A DNA stretch of 64,000 bases from an uncultured delta proteobacterium. GTDB taxonomy: Bacteria > Desulfobacterota > Desulfobacteria > Desulfobacterales > QNYZ01. Shown one piece after another: positions 1 to 9,910 of this stretch. The DNA is taken from positions 288,001 through 352,000 of the forward strand of contig CAWJQU010000005.1 in NCBI GenBank assembly GCA_963845145.1. Reading direction: 5' to 3'. Under the pieces are notes generated by a model. The model was not told the origin of the DNA and ran no database searches. It saw only the letters and a list, made by a program, of their open reading frames with translations. The position numbers and the translations under genes are program-made. Each line of letters begins with the position of its first letter. Within the stretch, counting starts at the first letter, position 1.

Positions 1-866
1 CACGTATCGTCAAATGTGCCCACATTCAGGCTTCCAATGCCAAAGCTGATGGAACCACGGCCGAGATAAAGACGGCCATGATCGAAAAACATATACCGCT
101 GATCGAGGAAGCCGGCAGCAAAGGCGTCAACATCCTCTGTCTTCAGGAAATATTCCATGGTCCCTACTTTTGCTGCGAGCAGGATACCAAATGGTACGCC
201 ACAGCGGAGCGGGTGCCCGGCCCCATCACGGAAATGCTGGCCGAGTATGCAAAAAAATACAGTATGGTGATGGTCATCCCGGTCTACGAGGAAGCCATAG
301 ATGGTGTTTACTACAATACCGCCGCGGTTGTTGACGCCGATGGAAAATACCTGGGTAAGTTCAGAAAAATTCAGATACCACACACCTGGCCCGGTTTCTG
401 GGAAAAATTTTACTTTAAACCGGGTAATCTCGGGTTTCCGGTATTTGAGACCGCCTATGCGAAAATTGGTATATTCATCTGCTATGATCGGCATTTCCCG
501 GAGTGTGCGCGCGTGCTGGCCTTAAACGGAGCGGAAATTCTCTTCAATCCGTCGGCCACCACCGACGGAAAATCCAAATACCTCTGGGAATTGGAACAGC
601 CCGCCCAGGCGGTTGCCAATGGCGTGTTTATCGGCGCCAACAATCGGGTGGGACTGGAAAAACCCTGGGAGTTCGGACGTTTCTACGGTTCAAGCTATTT
701 TGTGGACCCGCGGGGAGAAATTTTGGTAAAGGGAAGCGAAGACAAGGATGAGGTGGTCATCGCCGATCTAGACCTTGATGTGATTCGAGAAGTCAGAGAC
801 GGCTGGCAGTTCTTCAGAGATCGCCGGCCGGAAATGTACACTGAAATCTGCCAGCAGTTACCCTAG
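1..866 (+). CDS. Nitrilase-superfamily C-N hydrolase, beta-ureidopropionase / N-carbamoyl-amino-acid amidohydrolase-like (5' end lies before the window)
   Basis: The Glu-Lys-Cys triad motifs LQEIF, FRKIQIP and ICYDRHFPE are present. The frame is open from base 3 (RIVKCAHIQASN...) upstream of the ATG at 78. It sits next to a nucleobase permease. Confidence 0.85.
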   Translation, partial: RIVKCAHIQASNAKADGTTAEIKTAMIEKHIPLIEEAGSKGVNILCLQEIFHGPYFCCEQDTKWYATAERVPGPITEMLAEYAKKYSMVMVIPVYEEAIDGVYYNTAAVVDADGKYLGKFRKIQIPHTWPGFWEKFYFKPGNLGFPVFETAYAKIGIFICYDRHFPECARVLALNGAEILFNPSATTDGKSKYLWELEQPAQAVANGVFIGANNRVGLEKPWEFGRFYGSSYFVDPRGEILVKGSEDKDEVVIADLDLDVIREVRDGWQFFRDRRPEMYTEICQQLP

Positions 867-1071
867 TCTTATTGTATTGTGAAATAAACAGAAAGGGCTT
901 GGCGACATTTCACGGATTTTAAAACTGAGCGTTGCGTCTTAATAAATAAAGGTGTAATCCAATCAAATATGGAAAGGGTCATTACGTCATTTTTTAAACA
1001 GGAGGGAGATGGCATCTATTTGGTATTAGCAATCCCAGTATGGGATATCAACGGAAGGAGGAAAAAAGGTT

Positions 1072-2640
1072 ATGAGTGAAGAACAAAAGGAACACAAACA
1101 CTGGATTGTTTACCCATTGGGGAGTAAACCCAAATGGGGCCTTGCGGTACTGCTCGGTATTCAGCAGTATTTGACCATGTTCGGGGCGACCGTGCTTATC
1201 CCTTTTATCGTCGGTGGTGCTATGGGCCTGCCCCCCGAAGAGCTGGCTTTGTTAATCTCGACCATTTTCTTTACATCGGGATTGTGTACTTTAATTCAGC
1301 AGTCCCCCCTTGGGAACAAGCTGCCCGTTGTCCAGGGTGGAACGTTCTCTTTCCTGGGGCCCACATTCGCCATTCTCGGTTTGGTGACGGCCGAACATGC
1401 GACCGCGGCCGGTATTCCGGTCTGGCAGCTCAAGATCCAGATGGTTTCCGGTGCCATCATGATTGCATCCGTGGTTGAAATCGTCTTAGGGTATACCGGT
1501 ATCATGGGCCAGGTCCGAAAAATAATCAGCCCCATCGTTATCGGCCCCACCATCGCCATGATCGGTTTGGCCCTGTTCGGCATCGGTGCGCCCTGGATGG
1601 CAACAAACTGGGTAATCTCGTTGATTACACTTATCGCTCTGATTCTTTACTCCCAAGTTTTCTCCATCAAATCCAAAGTATTCATGCTGTTTCCAGTACT
1701 GCTCGCCATTGCCACCGGATGGTTATGCGCCCTTTTAGGCACGGTAACCGGACTGATTCCGGATGGCAATGCGGCCAACCTATCGGGCAAACTCGGTTTG
1801 ATCGCATCCGCCCCTCTAATCAGCTTCAAGCCCATGATGCCGTTTAAATGGGGTTTCCCGGATTTGGGCAGCACGGTGCTGTGGGCAGGTGTATTCGGCA
1901 TGCTGGCCGGTTATCTGGCATCCATGATCGAATCCATTGGCGATTATTATGCCTGCGCCCGTATTTCCGAAGCGCCGGTACCCACGGGCAAGATGATTTC
2001 TAGAGGGCTGGGTGCCGAAGGATTGGGCTGCTTTATTGCCGGTATTCTGCAAACCGCGAACGGCACCACCACCTACTCCGAAAACATCGGTTCCATCGGC
2101 CTGACCAAGGTGGCCAGCCGAAGAGTGGTGCGCTGCGGGGCAGCCGTCATGCTGGTTATCCCGGTTATCGGGAAATTTGGTGCCGTACTGGCCACCCTGC
2201 CCACACCGGTGGTTGGCGCCATGTTCGTGGGCCTGTTCGGCATGATCGCATCCGTGGGGCTCTCCAACCTGCAGATCGTCAACCTGAATAACTCCCGGAA
2301 CCTGTTTATCATCGGTATCAGCTTTTTTGCCGGCTTAAGCGTTCCTTTCTGGTTTACCCCCCATTATGATGTGGCAACCGGACAGATTGTCAGCGGCGCC
2401 CTGGCCTGGGGAACACCCGGAAGTGCCATCAATGTTCTCGGCAACATCTTTCAGGCTGTCCTGAGTACCGGCATGGCGGTGACCGCTATCATCGGTATTA
2501 TTCTCGACAACCTGCTTCCCGGCGCCACCCGCGCCGAACGGGGCCTGGAAGTATGGGAAAACGAAGCTTCCGATGAAGCATGGGAAGAGGCGGAAGCCAA
2601 ATGGGCCGCCATGGAAGAAGGCGAAATGAGACCCGTGTAA
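1072..2640 (+). CDS. NCS2/NAT-family nucleobase:cation symporter (uracil/xanthine permease)
   Basis: NAT signature TTTYSENIGSIGLTKVASRR, LPVVQGGTFSFL motif, many hydrophobic helices, and RBS AAGGAGG upstream. Confidence 0.92.
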   Translation: MSEEQKEHKHWIVYPLGSKPKWGLAVLLGIQQYLTMFGATVLIPFIVGGAMGLPPEELALLISTIFFTSGLCTLIQQSPLGNKLPVVQGGTFSFLGPTFAILGLVTAEHATAAGIPVWQLKIQMVSGAIMIASVVEIVLGYTGIMGQVRKIISPIVIGPTIAMIGLALFGIGAPWMATNWVISLITLIALILYSQVFSIKSKVFMLFPVLLAIATGWLCALLGTVTGLIPDGNAANLSGKLGLIASAPLISFKPMMPFKWGFPDLGSTVLWAGVFGMLAGYLASMIESIGDYYACARISEAPVPTGKMISRGLGAEGLGCFIAGILQTANGTTTYSENIGSIGLTKVASRRVVRCGAAVMLVIPVIGKFGAVLATLPTPVVGAMFVGLFGMIASVGLSNLQIVNLNNSRNLFIIGISFFAGLSVPFWFTPHYDVATGQIVSGALAWGTPGSAINVLGNIFQAVLSTGMAVTAIIGIILDNLLPGATRAERGLEVWENEASDEAWEEAEAKWAAMEEGEMRPV

Positions 2641-2709
2641 GTATTAAAATATTTTGAAATTTTAATAAGCACGGATCCGCAGCATGACCAAAAAGGTAAG
2701 ACCCTAATT

Positions 2710-2751
2710 AAATGGAGGGCTGGTTTTATGAACCGGCCCTCCATTTTTTTT
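2710..2751 (+). terminator. Rho-independent terminator after the NCS2 permease
   Basis: Stem AAATGGAGGGCTGGTT / AACCGGCCCTCCATTT followed by a T run. Confidence 0.85.
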
Positions 2752-2880
2752 CCGCACCACGACATTAAAGGGTTTTGCCTTGACCGTCACAGTGCACTAG
2801 ATGTAAGGGAAAAGAAGTGTCTGATTCTTGGGATTGAAATGCCGCAATCTGGGTTTTGATTGTAGCGTAGGAGCTATTCG

Positions 2881-3261
2881 TTGCCGAAACCAGTTATAAC
2901 CCTTATCACCACCCTGATGATCGCCATTGGACTTTTGGCTATGTATACACTTTTAAATGCGGGTAATCCGAATAGCCTACTCCGATATGTTTTTCCGAAT
3001 CCGACCACTGATGTTTATGTCGCCAGCATCTCATCTCTGATTGTCTTTGTTCTCGGCTTTGTTGTTTTCTTCAATCGGGACAGCCAGGGCTTTCGCAACC
3101 TGATTGAAATGAACAGTGACCGAATTAGACAACTTCGCAAAAAAGGAACGCCGGACGAAGAGATCGCCGATTCAATTTTGGCGGCCATGGGTAGCACCAA
3201 AGGATATAAACATAACCTGGCCCGAAAAAAACTGGTGGTCTATCTTGCCCAATACCGATAG
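2881..3261 (+). CDS. Hypothetical membrane protein (2 TM helices plus a basic cytoplasmic tail)
   Basis: 126-aa ORF with TTG start and AGGAG RBS; two hydrophobic segments. Confidence 0.7.
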   Translation: MPKPVITLITTLMIAIGLLAMYTLLNAGNPNSLLRYVFPNPTTDVYVASISSLIVFVLGFVVFFNRDSQGFRNLIEMNSDRIRQLRKKGTPDEEIADSILAAMGSTKGYKHNLARKKLVVYLAQYR

Positions 3262-3276
3262 GGAACCAATGTCGCG

Positions 3277-3735
3277 ATGACGGGTATTTATGCCAATCAA
3301 CAGTGGATCGCCATTGCGATCATCTTTTTCGGCATTATCGCCTATATCGCCTATGTTCGCCGACGGGAGCGAAAATGGATTGAAGACCGATTCGGCCTGG
3401 ACAAGGCCCTCTCCATGAGTTTTGGCGTTAATTACTTCGGTAGAGCCAGTGAAACCGGCAGCCCCCGAAAAAGCAACGGTTTTCTGCTTCTTTTACCGGA
3501 TCGCCTGTTTTACCGCAGCCGCACATCCCGCATTGAGCTGGAAATCCCCGGCAACAAAATCGCCAGGGTTTATCCAGGCTCCAGCATCAAGGGTGTTGAT
3601 TTACATCAATCGGTAATGAAAGTTGATTTTATCAATACCGAGGATGACCGGGACAGCGCGGCTTTCAGGGTGCCCTATCCTCCCCAGTGGATACGAATGA
3701 TTGAAAATACCTTTTCAGAAAAAGATGGGCCTTGA
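3277..3735 (+). CDS. Hypothetical single-pass membrane protein, possible PH-like beta domain
   Basis: 152-aa ORF 15 nt after the previous gene; an N-terminal TM helix is followed by a beta-rich pattern (GFLLLLPDRLFY...LEIPGNKI...AAFRV...W). Confidence 0.65.
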   Translation: MTGIYANQQWIAIAIIFFGIIAYIAYVRRRERKWIEDRFGLDKALSMSFGVNYFGRASETGSPRKSNGFLLLLPDRLFYRSRTSRIELEIPGNKIARVYPGSSIKGVDLHQSVMKVDFINTEDDRDSAAFRVPYPPQWIRMIENTFSEKDGP

Positions 3736-4300
3736 GGATGATAATCGATGTTGATTTCAGTTTTTAAGATTCGACAAAATTTTGACACCCCTTCGATAAT
3801 AAAACGGTGACCCAAAATGCCGTTATTAACTCCGGTAAAGAACGATTAGTATATTTTAATATAGTTTCGTTTGGTTCATACCGGCCGAAAAGATGCACGT
3901 ACATTCGAGGAACCGTTTGAATCTTTTTCCATTTAAAAGAACTATTTTTAAAAAATTTTCTTTTGGCTCTATAAAAACTAAATACAAATTTCATGCCAAT
4001 TATGAAGATTGTAAATATGTCAAAAATATTTGATGAGTTAGGAAAATATTGACGGTATGGCCATGTTGAGATCTGTTCTAAATCCGTCCAATAGATTTAC
4101 ATTATTACGATTTGAATGACGATTTTATCAATACGCATCCATCCGGGCTGGAAATACCCCTCGTAAAACCGGCTAAACCATGCTAACATCAACGCATCGT
4201 ACGCAATCTATCGATTGAAAAAACGGTATCGACAATTCCAACTAATGCAAATCGGGGATTCTAACTGAATTCACATTTTGCCTGACCACACCATGCGCTT

Positions 4301-4317
4301 CCGGCACGGCTTTTGCA
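4301..4317 (+). promoter_or_regulatory. sigma54 (-24/-12) promoter of the prkA operon
   Basis: CCGGCACGGCTTTTGCA has GG-N10-GC spacing and matches TGGCACG-N4-TTGCW; it lies ~180 nt upstream of prkA in a ~750 bp intergenic region. Confidence 0.7.
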
Positions 4318-4491
4318 GAAAATCTAAAACAAGCCTTAAACGCATCGGACAACCGGTAATACAAAATACCGGCCTCAAAAGTATTTAAGGCAAACTCAAT
4401 TTTTTAAGTCAGTTTTAACTCATTTTTCCTACTAAAGAAGTATGGAAGTATCCTTGCGGATAAGACCAGCGGCAAGATACCCAAACAGGGG

Positions 4492-6559
4492 GTGATTATG
4501 GCTACCGATAGAAACAATACCCTTCAACATCATCTAACGGCAATCAAGGATGAAAAACGGTGCTTTGAAAATGCCTTTGAGAGCATCTCCCGAATGATTC
4601 TTGAAAAGCCCATTGAAAAGGTCGTGGTCAACGGCAGAACCACTTACGATTTCTCCATTTTCAGAACGGGCAAAAAGCACATCATCGGTATGTATGATGA
4701 GCTGAACAGCTTTGTCTCCTACGTTAAGGATGCAGCCGAAAATGGATCATCCAAAGAGATGGCCTTTGTGTTGGTGGGCGAACCCGGAAACGGCAAAACC
4801 TTTTTGGTCGACTATTTGTGCGACATCTATCGCAAGTTTTTAAGCGAAGATAGAAACAGAAAATACACCTTCCGATTCAACAATATTGACCGGATCGGCA
4901 CTTACGGCCGGCTGACCACGGTCGAATCCCAGACCTATGAAGACCCCATGATTCTGGCCATGAACCTGTTTGACGATCCGGAAAAAAACAAGGGCTATCT
5001 GACCGAAAACTATCGGATTTGATGACAAAACCATTGATCGGCTGTATGAAAATTACCGGCCCTTGGGGGCTTGCTCCGGCTATATCTGGAACGACATTCG
5101 GGTAGCCAACGACGGCAACATCGAAGATATGTTAAATTGGGTAGAAATTGTCCCGGTACCTTTGACGGAGAGTCTGGGCACCATTACCGGGAAGTACCCG
5201 GCCAAAGATAAGATTACCTCTTCGGCAGTAGACCTTTTGGGGGAAGAATCGATTCAGCGCTTGCTGCACATCACCGACATTAACAACCCCTACCGATTTG
5301 ACTTAAGGCGGGGCGCATTGGCCCGGGTGGCCGGGGGCGGCATTCATTTTAGCGATGAAATTTATAAAAACAAAAAGGACCTGGTCCAGGTTTACTTAGG
5401 GGTCATTCAAAACCGCTCCATCGAAATCGACGGTTTCAAGTGGCCCATCGATACCCTGATCGTGGCCACCAGCAATAATTCGGAATTTTACAAGTTCTTG
5501 GCGGAAAAAGAAGAAGCCCCCATCGTCGACCGATGTCGTATCTGCTATGTATCTCACAACACCAACTACAAACTTCAGAAACAACTGACCAACTATGCCA
5601 TCGGCAACGAGGCCCGCACCACACTAACCAACGAGAAACTCCACCAGGACCCCAATTTAAATTATGCCATTTCGGTGGCCATGGTTCTCTCCCGCCTCCC
5701 GCGGTCCGAAAAGCTGACACCCGTTGAAACCATGAAATTGGCGGCCGGTGAGGTGGCTGGCGAAAAGAGTATCAAAACCTTGGCGGAAGTGATCGACACG
5801 CTCAACCAGGATCCCGAAATCACCAATCGATTCGGCCAGAAAGGTCTGGGCCAGCGAAATCTTGGGCGATCGATTCAGCTGTTAATCGAAAGCTCCGAGA
5901 CCAATGAGGGCGAATGCATGTTCGCCTACGATGTATTTAAAGCCGTGGATCGCATCATTCTCGATTATGTCAACGATGCCAATGATCGGGTCAAATATCT
6001 GGACGATCTCAAAATGGCCAAAGGTTTATACCGTGAACGGATCATGACCGAGATGTTCAACGCCTACATGGACGAACCTTTTGCCATTCGTAAAGATGTC
6101 ATGAACTATGTCAATATGATCATCGGCATTGACGCTGAAAATTTGGGGCCGGACAAGATGTGGAAGTACAAAGATCCCCAATCCGGGGAACTCAAAGCCC
6201 TGAAGGTGGATGAGCGTTACATCAATAGTGTCGAAGAGCGACTGGAGCTCAAAACCAAAGAGCAACGGGAATCCTTTCGAACCTCGATCCGGAAAATATA
6301 CGGCCAGAAGATCTCCGTGGATCCCAATTATGATTTTATGGATAATCTGGAACTGGTTAAGGCCGTCACCGATGTTCGCCTTAAGTCGGATATCGCTGGG
6401 GCCGGCAGCCTGATCGGGGCGCTGGCCAACCGGACCAACGAAGAAAATCAAAAATTGTACGAGCGAATGATCGATACCATGCTTAACAAGCTAAAATATT
6501 GTCGAACCTGTGCCCAGAAAACGATTGAGTACTTCTGTACTCAGGAAGATGAAACGTAA
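4492..6559 (+). CDS. prkA: PrkA/YeaG-family AAA+ serine protein kinase (copy 1), split by one +1 indel near 5005-5011
   Basis: Walker A GEPGNGKT lies in ORF 4492-5022; the Walker-B-like IHFSDE and the PrkA C-terminal region lie in ORF 5063-6559. The second frame reads IGFDDKTIDRLYENYRP back to ~5012, so a single extra base joins the two ORFs. Confidence 0.85.
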
Positions 6560-6669
6560 ATATAGCGGTTTCGTATGCCGCCCACGATTCGATGTTATTA
6601 AATTTCGCCGATGTTTTTCAGAAGACAAGATAGTCGTAACCTATCACCAATGGGTCATGGTATTGATAA

Positions 6670-8064
6670 ATGAAAGACAAACAACATAAATATTATCAAC
6701 GCCTTAAGAAAAGGGGGCTTTCGCCTGACCGGGAAGATAAAATCCGGGCCGAGTTAAACGATACGCGTACCCACGAAATCCCGGAAGTTATCGAAAAGGC
6801 TGCAACAGGCACCTTCTCGCTGCAGCCAAATCATACCCATGCATTTCACGACCTTACTTTCCTCCAAAACATGCAGGCCCCTAAAAGTTCGTATACCACC
6901 TGCCTCAAGTCCATTGATGAACTTCTGGAAAGGGATAAGCAGAGGGAAAAGGACGGATTTCCACGAAAGATACGCGTCGGGCGGCTGATCAAACCGGGCA
7001 GAGGCGGCGCGGACCGTATTGTTGTGGTTCCCACGACGGTCGAAGAGAAATTCATCCATGACCCCTCGTTTTCACCGGAAGACGAGGAGGGGGATGCATC
7101 CGGGGGCACAGGCCAAGGTGAGGAAGGCGAAGTGATCGGCGAACAACCGGTTCACGAACAGGATGGCGAAAGCGGCGAAGGCCCCGGCGAAGGTGATAGC
7201 GGACAGCATGAGGTGGAGTCCAGTGCCTATGATCTGGGAAAAATCCTTTCGGAAAAATTCGAACTGCCCAATTTAAAAGACAAGGGTAAAAAACGGTCTC
7301 TCACGAGATACACCTATGACATGACCGATCGGCATCGGGGGTTCGGCCAGATTCTCGATAAAAAAGCCACGCTGCGCCAGGTCGTCGAGACCAATATACA
7401 TTTAGGAAATATTCCTGATGTCGGCGATATCGACCCCACACGGTTTCTCATCTCTCCCGCTGATCGGATATACCGTATCCTCTCTAAAGAAAAAGACTAT
7501 GAATCCCAGGCCATGGTCTTTTTTTTACGGGACTATTCCGGTTCAATGAGCGGCAAGCCGACGGAACTAATCGTTGCCCAGCATGTGCTTATCTACAGCT
7601 GGCTTTTGTATCAATATGACAGGCAGGTGGAATCCCGATTCATCCTACACGATACCGAGGCCAAAGAGGTTGCCGACTTTTATACCTATTACAACTCAAA
7701 AGTGGCCGGCGGCACTAAAGTGGCATCGGCGTTTAAGCTTGTCAATGAGATCGTGGAAAAGGAAAACCTCGTCCAGGACTACAATATTTATGTATTTCAC
7801 GGTACCGATGGAGACGATTGGGACACCGAGGGAGAAGAAACCATACCGGAAATAAAAAAAGTGTTGGCCTATGCCAACCGCGTGGGGATAAGTATCGCTG
7901 CTCACGCGACGGGGTTTGGTAGTAAAACAACTGAAGTTGAAAAATATTTGAAGAACTCCAAGCTTTTACAAAAACAACCCAAACTTATACGTCTTGACGT
8001 CATGGACAAAGATGCCGACGAATCCCGGCTCATCGAGGGTATAAAGAAACTTATCGGCGAATAG
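6670..8064 (+). CDS. yeaH: YeaH/YhbH (DUF444) vWA-domain protein
   Basis: Acidic Gly-rich linker (GGTGQGEEGEVIG), MIDAS-like RDYSGSM, GGTKVASA and FHGTDGDDW motifs; located between prkA and spoVR. Confidence 0.9.
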   Translation: MKDKQHKYYQRLKKRGLSPDREDKIRAELNDTRTHEIPEVIEKAATGTFSLQPNHTHAFHDLTFLQNMQAPKSSYTTCLKSIDELLERDKQREKDGFPRKIRVGRLIKPGRGGADRIVVVPTTVEEKFIHDPSFSPEDEEGDASGGTGQGEEGEVIGEQPVHEQDGESGEGPGEGDSGQHEVESSAYDLGKILSEKFELPNLKDKGKKRSLTRYTYDMTDRHRGFGQILDKKATLRQVVETNIHLGNIPDVGDIDPTRFLISPADRIYRILSKEKDYESQAMVFFLRDYSGSMSGKPTELIVAQHVLIYSWLLYQYDRQVESRFILHDTEAKEVADFYTYYNSKVAGGTKVASAFKLVNEIVEKENLVQDYNIYVFHGTDGDDWDTEGEETIPEIKKVLAYANRVGISIAAHATGFGSKTTEVEKYLKNSKLLQKQPKLIRLDVMDKDADESRLIEGIKKLIGE

Positions 8065-8147
8065 AAGGGACTTTAATTTTGAAACCACTTCCTCTCCATA
8101 TGACTTTAGGCAGAGCCATAAACCGCCACCAACTTCGGGTTTAGCCT

Positions 8148-9800
8148 ATGGAACTCATCAATCAACATACCAAAAAAATTATGGAGGGGTGCAAGGAAAG
8201 GGCCCTATCCGCAGGGTTGCGGTTTGAGAGCGAAACACTGGAATACATCGTCACCAATCGGGACCTGTTGGAACTGTCACCAAAATTGATGATTCCCACC
8301 CTTTACGATTATTGGGTACAGGACGTTGAGGTCTTAAAAGAGAAAGGAAAGTACGAACTATACCCCTCCAACCCGTATGAAACCGTCATCAACACCCGGC
8401 CGGCGATCTCGTTTTACAATGATAACAATCCCGACTGGCTGAACGTTATGATTTTCTACCACGTGCTGGCTCATATCGACTTCTTCCAGAACAACCTGTT
8501 TTACCGGCACACCTGGGATTATGATTTTACCGGCCAAGCCCTTTCTGATAAACGCTTAATTGCCAAAATCAGGGCTAAAAAGGGAAGATGGGTCGATTAT
8601 ATTATCGAATTCGCCCGCAGTATCGATAATGTGGTGGGGTACCATAGTGAATTGTCCCGGCTGAGTTTTCCGCCCCCTAAACTGGAGTCCAAACGGATTG
8701 ATTTTTATTTTGATGTATTTTTGCAGCAAATCAAAAAAGTAAGAATCAGCGGATATCTCAAAGAAGTGGATCGATACAACCAATGTCTCCAACAGCACAA
8801 AGAGAGAGGCGAAGAAATATTTTTTACCGATGTGGAGGCCGAACACCCGGAGTTTGAGGCTCTTTTTAAGAAAAGCCTTGGCAAACAGCCGGAGCACCAA
8901 ATGGATCTGATCCAATTTTTATTAGCCCATTCGCCGGTCTTAAAAAAAGAGACCAATCGGTGGATGATTCCGATCTTGATGGTGGTGCGCAAAACATCAT
9001 TGTTTTTTCAACCCCAGATTCGAACTAAAATAATGAATGAGGGGTGGGCCAGTTATTGGCATGAAACGCTGTTTTTACAAGATGATCGCATCAAGGGGAA
9101 CGAAGTTGATTTTGCCAGGATCAATGCCGGGGTGACATCCATGCCCCGGGTAGGATTAAATCCCTACGCGTTGGGAATGCGCCTGTTTTATTTTATGGAA
9201 GAGATGTCCGATAAGGGAAAATATGATTTTGAATTTGAGCTGCTTCGGGATGGAAACCAGCGCAAAAAGTATGACAAAAAAACCGAAAACGGGCGGGACT
9301 TTATTTTTAAGGTCCGGGAAAACTATTCGGATTTTCTCTTCATCAATAACTTTGTTGATCAGGATTTTATCAATCGTCACAACCTCTTTGTGGCCGGTAA
9401 AAAATTGGATAAACAGCGGATGGTGTGGCAATACTATGTCAAAAGCAGAAAACGAGACGACTATCGGCAGATGATTCTGAATACGTTATACCATCCCCCT
9501 TATATCACGATTGATACGGACCAAACAAATGACCAGAGCCTGCATCTTGTGCACCACTTTGAACAAAAGCCGCTGGTCAGGGATTTTATTGCCAACACAA
9601 TGATGGGAATCGAATATCTATGGGGAGGGACGGTCCAGCTGGAAACCAGTGAGGCTGTCCTCGCTTCGCCTTCTCCGATTCCTTTTGCCGCCGGTGGGCC
9701 GGCGCCATCCCAGGATGAAGTCCAGACCAAGCCGATAAAGTGGCAACGCGTTCAATATACAATGGAAAATCGTAAGCTTTCCCGAAAAGTTTTGGAATAA
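8148..9800 (+). CDS. spoVR: SpoVR/YcgB-family protein
   Basis: YETVINTRP, HVLAHIDFF, PQIRTKIMNEGWASYWH and NPYALG motifs. Confidence 0.93.
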   Translation: MELINQHTKKIMEGCKERALSAGLRFESETLEYIVTNRDLLELSPKLMIPTLYDYWVQDVEVLKEKGKYELYPSNPYETVINTRPAISFYNDNNPDWLNVMIFYHVLAHIDFFQNNLFYRHTWDYDFTGQALSDKRLIAKIRAKKGRWVDYIIEFARSIDNVVGYHSELSRLSFPPPKLESKRIDFYFDVFLQQIKKVRISGYLKEVDRYNQCLQQHKERGEEIFFTDVEAEHPEFEALFKKSLGKQPEHQMDLIQFLLAHSPVLKKETNRWMIPILMVVRKTSLFFQPQIRTKIMNEGWASYWHETLFLQDDRIKGNEVDFARINAGVTSMPRVGLNPYALGMRLFYFMEEMSDKGKYDFEFELLRDGNQRKKYDKKTENGRDFIFKVRENYSDFLFINNFVDQDFINRHNLFVAGKKLDKQRMVWQYYVKSRKRDDYRQMILNTLYHPPYITIDTDQTNDQSLHLVHHFEQKPLVRDFIANTMMGIEYLWGGTVQLETSEAVLASPSPIPFAAGGPAPSQDEVQTKPIKWQRVQYTMENRKLSRKVLE

Positions 9801-9910
9801 TAGCGTAAGCCTTGTAACCAAAATTATTTAGCGGCAATTTAGGCTGTGTTGGAAAACATACGCATGGGTCGGAAAACCGTCCGACGTGGCAAATAATAAA
9901 AGAGTATCAC

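Noticed and set aside
3764..3994. 76-aa minus-strand ORF in the prkA upstream region
   Set aside because: Low-complexity AT-rich translation with no RBS or motifs.
4981..5063. Programmed frameshift or TGA read-through in prkA
   Set aside because: The downstream ORF is in a different frame, so this is not read-through. A single extra base in or near an A-run explains it, and similar indels are common in this assembly.
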